A stretch of 64,000 bases of DNA from Clostridia bacterium. Its GTDB lineage: Bacteria; Bacillota; Clostridia; Christensenellales; DTU072. Under the pieces are notes generated by a model that was not told the DNA's origin, did not search any database, and worked only from the letters and a program-made list of their open reading frames with translations. A program made the position numbers and the translations under genes. Location: assembly GCA_017403145.1 (NCBI GenBank), contig JAFQOO010000008.1, positions 102,064 through 166,063 on the forward strand. The letters run 5' to 3'. The stretch's first letter is position 1. Every line of letters starts with the position of its first letter. This document shows, piece by piece, positions 23,946 to 31,680 of this stretch.

Positions 23946-25331
23946 TTATCCCTCTATCCTTTCTTCGCTCGGTGTAGAGCTTACGTATAGGGTTTCGGGA
24001 TGCTTCTTTTGATAGTACCACGCACCCATAATCGGTATCAACGTTAGGAGTGCTACGCAAGCAGCTATCAAGAACAAATGCCACGAGGGGGTATATCCCG
24101 GTTGTATTGCTCCGTTTTGTTCCATTTGTTCAATATATATTCCTAGATTTTCGACTATAGGTTCGGCGATAACGGGACCGGATATCATAGGTACCAATAC
24201 GTAAAATACCAATCTTACGCCCTCTAGTTGTCCGCGTTGTGATTCGGGATATAGATTCTTACACCAAATCATTAGTGCTTGATATATGCACATATATCCA
24301 CCGCCAACGAAGATAGTACCAAGTATTACTACCGCTGTCATTGCGCCACCCGTTCCACTTAGCGCTCCGGTAACCGATATAATGCCAAGACCAACAACGT
24401 TCATAAGTAGCGCCACTATTAGTACGGGAATAAACTTTTGCTTGTTTATAAACTTGCCCGCTATAAGAGTAAAGGGTATTGCTATTACTAAACCAACGCC
24501 AAGCCAAACTCCGGCAAGTCCCGTATCGTATCCAAGAGAGTGGATAAAGTAAATAGTCATATAGGGGAAATAGATATTAAAGCTTATGAAGAACATTGCA
24601 AATATGCAAAGAACTATAAGCAAAAGTTTGTTCTTCCAAAGAAGCTTAAAGTTGAAGGCTTGGGCGAATTGATGCCAAAAGCCCTTTTCGTCCACGCTGG
24701 GTGTAAGCATAGGACTATCTTTAACCGCCCACATACAATATAGACCGACTAGGATAACAAACGCACCCATAATTAGGAAGAATGCAAAATATCCTACTGC
24801 ATCTATTATGATACCGCCTATCAAAGTACCTACGATGGTTGCTATAACGGGCTGAACCGCTATAACTGCGCCCAGAGGACCGCGATTTTCGGGAGTGGTG
24901 ATATCGGTAAGGTGAGGATTGAAGCCAGCATCGTTGCCAAGCGAACCGAAGAATGACATCAGAGCATCGGCAACTATAACCATTACGCCAAGAGCAACGA
25001 CGTTACCTGCGAATATTCCGTCGGCAAAGAAATCTATTACTCCAAACAATATGGTAAATATACCCCACAAAATATATCCCCAAACAATAAATGGCTTACG
25101 CTTACCCATTCTATCGCTCCAAGTTCCCGAAAGAAAGGTGGAGAAGGTTGTTACTATTGCGGAAATAGCAACCATTGCGGTGATAATCCACGGAACCGCT
25201 CCTATTCTACCATAAACGAAGGTGTTGAACCATTGGTTTTCGATGTTCCAAGCAAGCTGACCGGCAAGACCTGCCACCCATATTACTATCCAAGTTTTTG
25301 CACCAAGACCGCTTTTTGCTTTGTTAGACAT
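23946..25331 (-). CDS. MFS-type transporter (GPH/sugar-cation symporter-like)
   Basis: 461 aa with about 12 hydrophobic segments. SGTWSDRMGKRKPF motif typical of the MFS loop 2-3. Confidence 0.8.
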   Translation of the reverse strand: MSNKAKSGLGAKTWIVIWVAGLAGQLAWNIENQWFNTFVYGRIGAVPWIITAMVAISAIVTTFSTFLSGTWSDRMGKRKPFIVWGYILWGIFTILFGVIDFFADGIFAGNVVALGVMVIVADALMSFFGSLGNDAGFNPHLTDITTPENRGPLGAVIAVQPVIATIVGTLIGGIIIDAVGYFAFFLIMGAFVILVGLYCMWAVKDSPMLTPSVDEKGFWHQFAQAFNFKLLWKNKLLLIVLCIFAMFFISFNIYFPYMTIYFIHSLGYDTGLAGVWLGVGLVIAIPFTLIAGKFINKQKFIPVLIVALLMNVVGLGIISVTGALSGTGGAMTAVVILGTIFVGGGYMCIYQALMIWCKNLYPESQRGQLEGVRLVFYVLVPMISGPVIAEPIVENLGIYIEQMEQNGAIQPGYTPSWHLFLIAACVALLTLIPIMGAWYYQKKHPETLYVSSTPSEERIEG

Positions 25332-25443
25332 AGTATTTCTCCTTATATTTATTCTACGTAATCATCATAACATATTAAATATATTGTTTCAAGATGGATT
25401 TTTTATGCTATAATGGTTTTATTAAATAAAAGTAGGTGAAATT

Positions 25444-26814
25444 ATGAATAAAGTAAAAAACGTACTTATAGTAAACGGTAGCCCCAAAGGAAATAATAGC
25501 ATCTCTTTGCAAACGAGCAAATATTTGGAGCTCTATTTTCCCGAAATAACCTTCGAGGTACTAAACGTAGGTGCCAAAATCAAAGCCCTCGAAAAAGATA
25601 TGAGCGAAGCTCTTGAAAAACTAAAAAGCACCGACCTTATAATATTTTCCTATCCCGTATACACTTTTATCGCTCCCTATCAACTACACCGCTTTATAGA
25701 GCTCGTTAAGGAAAGTGGCGTGGATTTAAATGGTAAGTTCGCCACCCAAATTAGCACTTCCAAACACTTTTACGATTGGACTGCTCACCGCTATATAGAA
25801 GACAATGCACTAGACCTCGGCTTAAAGTACGTTAAAGGTCTTTCCGCCGATATGGACGACCTTACCACCAAAAAGGGACAAAAAGAGGCTCTGGACTTTT
25901 TTAACCACCTTCTTTATCAAGTGGAAAACGATATATACGAGCGCAACACGTTCTCTTACGAAGAACCCAAAAAGGTTCCTGTTGTTTTGAGCGAGGACAC
26001 CCAAACAAGTGATAATGGCGATATTGTAATCTTGACTAACTGCGAAGAAAACGACGAGCAGTTAAAGGATATGATAACTTTATTCGCTCAAAAATCACCT
26101 CGTAAAACCCGTGTTATAAACGTACGTGAATACCCCTTCAAGGGCGGTTGCTTGGGCTGCTTTAGATGTGCTACTAGTGGTAAATGTATATACAAGGATA
26201 ACTTTGACGAATTCTTGCGTGGCGAAATTCAAACTGCCGAAAGCATAGTTTTTGCTTTTACTATCAAGGACCACTCTATGGGAGCTAGCTTCAAACTATA
26301 CGACGATAGACAATTTTGCAACGGACACCGCACGGTAACTATGGGAATGCCTATGGGATATATTATAAGTGGTAATCTATCCAAGGAAGAAAACCTAAAA
26401 GTTATCATTGAAGGTAGAGCCAACGTAGGCGGTAACTATCTAGCCGGTGTTGCTACCGATGAATTCGACCCCAACCGCGAAATAGAAAACCTTGCAAAGA
26501 ATATTGATTATGCTTTGAAAAATAGTTACGTTCCTCCGCAAAATTTCCTCGGCATCGGCGGTATGAAAATCTTCCGCGACCTTATTTGGCAAATGCAAGG
26601 AATGATGCGCGCCGACCACAAGTTCTACAAGGCACACGGTCAATACGATTTCCCACAAAAGAAGCGTGGTAGAATGATTGCTATGTATCTAGTCGGTGCT
26701 ATGATGTCTAACAAAAAGCTGATGGCAAAGGCGGGCGATATGGTTAACAAGGGTATGTTGATGCCTTACCAAAAGGTACTAGACAACGCCAAGAAAAAGT
26801 TAGAAAGCAAATAG
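25444..26814 (+). CDS. Flavodoxin-like-fold NAD(P)H-dependent oxidoreductase (two-domain, Cys-rich)
   Basis: N-terminal VLIVNGSPKGNNSISL... is an FMN-reductase-type motif. A second similar domain carries GGCLGCFRCATSGKC. An extended -10 (TGcTATAAT) lies upstream. Confidence 0.7.
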   Translation: MNKVKNVLIVNGSPKGNNSISLQTSKYLELYFPEITFEVLNVGAKIKALEKDMSEALEKLKSTDLIIFSYPVYTFIAPYQLHRFIELVKESGVDLNGKFATQISTSKHFYDWTAHRYIEDNALDLGLKYVKGLSADMDDLTTKKGQKEALDFFNHLLYQVENDIYERNTFSYEEPKKVPVVLSEDTQTSDNGDIVILTNCEENDEQLKDMITLFAQKSPRKTRVINVREYPFKGGCLGCFRCATSGKCIYKDNFDEFLRGEIQTAESIVFAFTIKDHSMGASFKLYDDRQFCNGHRTVTMGMPMGYIISGNLSKEENLKVIIEGRANVGGNYLAGVATDEFDPNREIENLAKNIDYALKNSYVPPQNFLGIGGMKIFRDLIWQMQGMMRADHKFYKAHGQYDFPQKKRGRMIAMYLVGAMMSNKKLMAKAGDMVNKGMLMPYQKVLDNAKKKLESK

Positions 26815-26820
26815 TAAATA

Positions 26821-26845
26821 AAGGGAGCAATCGCTCCCTTTTTTA
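26821..26845 (+). terminator. Rho-independent terminator
   Basis: AAGGGAGC-aatc-GCTCCCTT followed by TTTTT, 7 nt after the stop codon. Confidence 0.8.
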
Positions 26846-26935
26846 GGCTCACGCGCACGCAAAATATACAATTGACTAATGTGCTTTTATATAGTATAAT
26901 TAAAAGTCGTATAATGCGATTTTTGGAGAAAAAGT

Positions 26936-27805
26936 ATGAAGAAAATCACCTTTGCCAAACCAATAGACAAGAGAAAGGCGGTAGAGATAGCGCATATAGT
27001 TTATGCTGTTCTACTCATTGCTCTTGCTATTACCGTTGGTATCTTGTTTATCGTGAACGTCGTTGACGTGTATAACTCCAGCGACTTTTCACCCTTTACG
27101 GTAGAAGCTATATCTAGCCACTTTAGGGCTATTGCAGTACCCGTAATTATGCTACCCTGCCTTGCCGTAATAGGTTTTGTTTTGCATTTTATATTCCCTC
27201 TTGAAAGCAAAACTATCAAAGTAGAAAACGACAAAGCTCTCGATACGCTATCGCAAAAAGTAAATCTCGATTTAGTTGATTTGGGTACCAAAAAAGCTGT
27301 TGTTAGGGAGCGCTACTTCCGTTTAGGCGCAACTTTGGGTTCAACTTTAATATGGATAATCGCACTCGTTATCATACTTGTTTTCACCCTAAATCCTGCT
27401 AGCTACGAGGGCGAGACAGTCAACCAATCGGTTAAAGATTTGGCACTCGCAGTATTCCCTTCGGCACTAATTTCAATTGGCGTTAGCTATGCCGTGAGCA
27501 TAGTGAACAAGCTCTCCAAAAAACGCGAACTAGAATTATTAAAGAGCATAATCAAACAAAACAAGGAAGCTCTTGACGGAAATGGCAAAAGCGGTCTTCT
27601 CCCCCAAATCGACAGCTTGTTTAACCTTGTTAATAAAATTAAATCGGCAATGGGTAAATACGAAAACGTTACCCTTTGGGCTTGTAGAGGCGCTATACTC
27701 GTTATAGCAGTCGTTCTCATCGTGCTAGGCATTGTTAACGGTGGAATGACCGACGTGCTAGATAAAGCAATTCGTATATGTACAGAATGTATAGGGCTAG
27801 GTTAA
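26936..27805 (+). CDS. Multi-pass membrane protein with a C-terminal CxxC (IRICTECIGLG)
   Basis: 289 aa, about 5 hydrophobic helices, terminal C-T-E-C motif. First gene of a three-gene redox-looking cluster. Confidence 0.6.
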   Translation: MKKITFAKPIDKRKAVEIAHIVYAVLLIALAITVGILFIVNVVDVYNSSDFSPFTVEAISSHFRAIAVPVIMLPCLAVIGFVLHFIFPLESKTIKVENDKALDTLSQKVNLDLVDLGTKKAVVRERYFRLGATLGSTLIWIIALVIILVFTLNPASYEGETVNQSVKDLALAVFPSALISIGVSYAVSIVNKLSKKRELELLKSIIKQNKEALDGNGKSGLLPQIDSLFNLVNKIKSAMGKYENVTLWACRGAILVIAVVLIVLGIVNGGMTDVLDKAIRICTECIGLG

Positions 27806-27809
27806 TATT

Positions 27810-28769
27810 ATGAAGGCAAAAGAATTTTTCAAAAAGTTATATAGCAAAATAGAAAGGTATTTGCCCTCTAGAAGAAGGCTTATACAAGTGTACTCTATGC
27901 TTCTCTTTAACGCAAACATTAAGGGCTTTGCAACGGGTACTATATATCAAGGACCTCTTAAGAATATGTGCACGCCCGGACTAAATTGTTATTCTTGTCC
28001 CGGTGCCGCTCTTAGCTGTCCTTTGGGTGCTTTGCAAAACGCACTTATAGCTTCTGACAAGACCGCTCCCTATTTTATGGTAGGAATAATAATACTATTC
28101 GGCTTCCTATTCGGTAGATGGATATGCGGTTTCCTATGCCCCTTTGGACTTATACAAGATTTACTCTACAAAATCAAGTCCCCTAAAGTAGGCAAAGGTA
28201 GAGTTACCCGTGCATTTTCGGGCTTAAAATACGTTTTCCTATTGGTATTCGTAATTATTCTTCCTCTTATGTTTGCAATGCAAGGAAGCATCATCCCCGC
28301 ATTCTGCAAATACGTTTGTCCCGCAGGAACGTTAGGTGGAGCGATAGGACTGCTATCGCACCCCAACAACACCGACCTTCTCACTATGCTAGGCGGACTA
28401 TTCACTTGGAAGTTCGTAGTGCTTGTCGTGGTAGCAATAACCTCGATATTTACCTATCGTTTCTTCTGTCGTTTTATATGTCCTCTAGGCGCGCTATACA
28501 GCCTATTTAACAAGGTAAGTCTAATTGGTATAACCTACGATAAGAAAACTTGTATTGACTGCGGAAAGTGTGTTTCCCATTGTAAAATGGATATCAAGCA
28601 CGTAGGCGACCGCGAATGTATAAGTTGCGGTGAGTGTATCCCCGTCTGCCCCACCAAAGCGATTTCTTGGAAAGGTGGAAAGATAAAGATACACGCAAAC
28701 GAAATTGATACGTCTATAGCAAGTAACGCTATTGCAAGCGAGGAAAAGGGGGTAGAAAGCAATGACTAA
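27810..28769 (+). CDS. Membrane 4Fe-4S ferredoxin-type protein (NapH/MauN-like)
   Basis: Repeated CPxG motifs in TM regions (CPGAALSCPLGALQ, CPFGLIQD, CPAGTLGG, CPLGALYS), plus CIDCGKCVSHC and CISCGECIPVCP clusters. Confidence 0.8.
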   Translation: MKAKEFFKKLYSKIERYLPSRRRLIQVYSMLLFNANIKGFATGTIYQGPLKNMCTPGLNCYSCPGAALSCPLGALQNALIASDKTAPYFMVGIIILFGFLFGRWICGFLCPFGLIQDLLYKIKSPKVGKGRVTRAFSGLKYVFLLVFVIILPLMFAMQGSIIPAFCKYVCPAGTLGGAIGLLSHPNNTDLLTMLGGLFTWKFVVLVVVAITSIFTYRFFCRFICPLGALYSLFNKVSLIGITYDKKTCIDCGKCVSHCKMDIKHVGDRECISCGECIPVCPTKAISWKGGKIKIHANEIDTSIASNAIASEEKGVESND

Positions 28770-29373
28770 AACCCAAAAGCTCATATTAGAAATAGTAGTA
28801 GCAGTTCTTATGATAGCCCTTCTCACCGGTGCACTTGTCTATTATAACGCGATAGATAAAGTTCCTACCGATTTTGAGGAAGATAACGACGACAACCCCT
28901 CTAACGAATTTATTCCCACGGGCAACCAAGTAGGTTTTATGTGCCCCACTTACGACCTACGCAACGTATATGATAGTGGTAAAACCAACGTTGAAAATCT
29001 ACGCGGTAAAGTGGTTGTAATAAACTTTTGGTACACGACTTGTGGCCCTTGCGTTGCGGAGCTACCCTACTTTAACCAACTAGCCAACGCTTATGCCGAC
29101 GACGTTACCGTGCTGATTATCCACGCGGCGTTTGATGAAGAAACTACCGCACCATATATCGACGAGCATTATCCCAACACCAAAATGCTAACCGCTTTCG
29201 ACGATGCTGTAGCCAACCAAAGCGACTATTTCTATAAGAAGCTAGGCGGTAAGGGAACCTATCCTATGACGGTAATACTTGACGAAAACGGTGTTATCAC
29301 CCACAACGTTAAAAAGTCTATTTCCGGTTATGCCGAGCTTGAAGGATACGTTCAAGAAGCACTATCAAAATAA
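28762..29373 (+). CDS. TlpA/ResA-like membrane-anchored thiol-disulfide oxidoreductase
   Basis: N-terminal TM anchor. Thioredoxin-fold motif VVVINFWYTTCGPCVAELPYF (CxxC). Confidence 0.8.
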   Translation: MTKTQKLILEIVVAVLMIALLTGALVYYNAIDKVPTDFEEDNDDNPSNEFIPTGNQVGFMCPTYDLRNVYDSGKTNVENLRGKVVVINFWYTTCGPCVAELPYFNQLANAYADDVTVLIIHAAFDEETTAPYIDEHYPNTKMLTAFDDAVANQSDYFYKKLGGKGTYPMTVILDENGVITHNVKKSISGYAELEGYVQEALSK

Positions 29374-29449
29374 AGGTCTTTCCCAAAAGAAAAAAGCACT
29401 CTTTGGGTGACCTAATTGAAACTTGCAGATTATTTTATTTAAAATGTTA

Positions 29450-29485
29450 AATGACTGGTACAAAATAATGTATCAGTCATTTTTC
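29450..29485 (+). terminator. Putative terminator of the redox cluster
   Basis: AATGACTG-(16 nt)-CAGTCATT followed by TTTTC. Confidence 0.45.
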
Positions 29486-29738
29486 TTTGCTAAAAATAAA
29501 AATATATTCTCCGATTTTCCCTTTCGGTTGTGGCTATTGTCGCATAAAAAAATCCAAAAGTAAACTACTTCGGAAAAACTTTTGACCTTGATTTTAAGGT
29601 CTTTTTTATTTTACAAATCTTTTATTTCTTTAATGTCCTTAAACGCTTCCAATGTAGCACTAAAGTCACTCATTTTTATTTTTCTCCTTTTTTCTTCTAT
29701 TCTATCACACTAAATATGACAATACGGGTCATATTTAC

Positions 29739-30518
29739 TTATTTTCTTTCCCTTAATCTTCTAAAAAATGTTGCTCTACTTATTTTTAATATCCTAGACG
29801 CTTGGTCTGCGGATATTTTTCCGTGCAAATAATCATTAGCAACTCTATCAAAGAGTAATGGGTCAATTTTTATTTGTCCACGACCTTTATAAACGTTTTG
29901 TTCTTTCGCTTTTTCTATTCCGCGCATTCTAAGCTTTTTTTTGCGCTCAAATTCACGGATATACATCGGCATTAAAAGTCTGTAATAGTAAAGGCGAGAT
30001 TTGTCGTCTATTATGATATCATCAGCATAAAGATAATCGCCAAAGCAAATAATTTCAAGCAATTTTTTATTTAGACTATCCGACCTTTTTACCAAATCGT
30101 ACATAGAGCGCTCTTTATAACTAACAGCATCTTTACCGTCAAAAGGCATAACGAAAAATCTATCGCCTGAATATCTCTTGTTTGTTTTAATGAGCCATTC
30201 TAAGCGGTTCAATGCTTGCATACCGCTTTCTTCCATCAACGCCCACAAATCTTCACGATGTTCACTTGGCGTTCTTTCCGCAATAAAAGTGGGAACTATA
30301 TTCTTACGTTCATATACGGCTCTTTTCAAACTCAAATCAAGTCCGGGAATGCCCTGAAATAAGTGGTCAGGCAACATATCAATAACGTTATAAAATGGAC
30401 GGAATATATAGTTAAATGCACCGTCTTCCCATTCTTCATATTCAATTTTAGCAATTTTGTAAATGAACTTATAATCGTCTTCAAGGCAGATAAAGCCCAT
30501 TGTGGTTAACTTTCTCAT
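29739..30518 (-). CDS. Uncharacterised protein with a C-terminal resolvase-type HTH (putative partner or antitoxin of the HipA-like kinase)
   Basis: 259 aa. The C-terminus ISADQASRILKISRATFFRRLRERK is a typical short HTH. Separated by a 1-nt gap from the upstream kinase gene. Confidence 0.6.
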   Translation of the reverse strand: MRKLTTMGFICLEDDYKFIYKIAKIEYEEWEDGAFNYIFRPFYNVIDMLPDHLFQGIPGLDLSLKRAVYERKNIVPTFIAERTPSEHREDLWALMEESGMQALNRLEWLIKTNKRYSGDRFFVMPFDGKDAVSYKERSMYDLVKRSDSLNKKLLEIICFGDYLYADDIIIDDKSRLYYYRLLMPMYIREFERKKKLRMRGIEKAKEQNVYKGRGQIKIDPLLFDRVANDYLHGKISADQASRILKISRATFFRRLRERK

Positions 30519-30519
30519 T

Positions 30520-31377
30520 TTATTTCTCCATTAATTTCTTGTAAGCGGGGAGCAATATTTTTTCAAATCTTTGTCTTAATATATATTTGTAAAATTCTTT
30601 ATGAGTATCGGTTAAAAACGGGGTTTCGTCAATCAATTCGTCGATTTTTTCTTGCGAATATCTTTCGCATATTTTTATAACCGCTTCATTACATTCCTTA
30701 AACTCTAATGAATTGATTACTTCAAAATAAGAACTCTTTTTGCCGTTTAATTGGACTTGCGACGTGGGGAATTTATAAATCCTTTCGTTTGTCATTTCTT
30801 CCGACTGCATAATTTGTTTCATCATATCATCATCTACAAGCTGAGAATAAAGTGATGAGCCATTGTCAAAAACGGGGGCAAGTGTATATTTGTTGTTCTT
30901 TTTTAAGAATCCCCAATTCCCACCGTGTCTATCAAAGTTACCAATTAATGCGTCCACAACATAAATATCCCAAAACATATTTATTGTTTCTTGAACGTTT
31001 GTAAGTTTTACATTATCTCGAAGCATTTGCATTATATCTTGATAGGAATATTGATAGGTTTCCTTGTCTTGTTCAAGCGAACTTTCACCAACATCGTTAA
31101 AGGGTACGAATTGCGTTTCGCCGTTAATAAAATTTTTGCACGCCACAACTTGCTCACCATTGTATAATCCAAGATAGGTGTCTTGCGTTTCAAAGCCAAG
31201 CAACTCAAAAATATGCGAGCCGACGTACTCAGAGATGTGATTAAGACGTTTCACACCGAAATTTGTTTGCTTTTGAAATTTAATCATATATTCAAAGCCG
31301 TCAACATTTACGCCAAATTTACGTTCTGTTCCACCATAATATGTGTTAGTTTTTTCGTATTTTGAAAAGTCTATCAT
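30520..31377 (-). CDS. HipA-C/CtkA-like Ser/Thr kinase domain protein
   Basis: VVDALIGNFDRHGGNWGFL carries the HipA-family catalytic D-R-H-x-x-N loop. At 285 aa it lacks the HipA N-terminal domains. Confidence 0.75.
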   Translation of the reverse strand: MIDFSKYEKTNTYYGGTERKFGVNVDGFEYMIKFQKQTNFGVKRLNHISEYVGSHIFELLGFETQDTYLGLYNGEQVVACKNFINGETQFVPFNDVGESSLEQDKETYQYSYQDIMQMLRDNVKLTNVQETINMFWDIYVVDALIGNFDRHGGNWGFLKKNNKYTLAPVFDNGSSLYSQLVDDDMMKQIMQSEEMTNERIYKFPTSQVQLNGKKSSYFEVINSLEFKECNEAVIKICERYSQEKIDELIDETPFLTDTHKEFYKYILRQRFEKILLPAYKKLMEK

Positions 31378-31427
31378 ATAATCTCCTCAATAAATCAATA
31401 GGGTTATGTTTCTATTTTGACACAATA

Positions 31428-31456
31428 ACTATAACACATATTGAAAGTATTGTCAA
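31428..31456 (-). promoter_or_regulatory. Sigma-A promoter of the HipA-like pair
   Basis: On the minus strand: TTGACA (31451-31456), 17 nt, TATAGT (31428-31433). Confidence 0.55.
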
Positions 31457-31538
31457 GCAATTATGGCGCCTGTATCAATAGAATTATAGATTTATTTTGA
31501 TACGTTTTGTTTTTCTGCTTAAAAGATATTTGTGCATA

Positions 31539-31570
31539 GAAAAAGAACTTGGATTTTACTTCCAAGTTCT
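31539..31570 (-). terminator. Rho-independent terminator downstream of the 954-aa lipoprotein gene
   Basis: AGAACTTGGA-(7 nt)-TCCAAGTTCT followed on the minus strand by TTTTC. Confidence 0.65.
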
Positions 31571-31680
31571 ACATTCTTGATTCACCCGAAATAGTGTATT
31601 CCTATTGATTTTGATTTATTTTTCAAAATCCCTATGAAATACACCCTTTGCGAGTGCTTTTCTTTTTTGCTTATCGTTTG

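Noticed and set aside
26872-27066. 64-aa plus-strand ORF overlapping the start of ORF 26936..27805
   Set aside because: It is out of frame with the well-supported membrane-protein gene and largely covered by it. It has no RBS. The 26936 ATG is preceded by GGAGAAAAAG.
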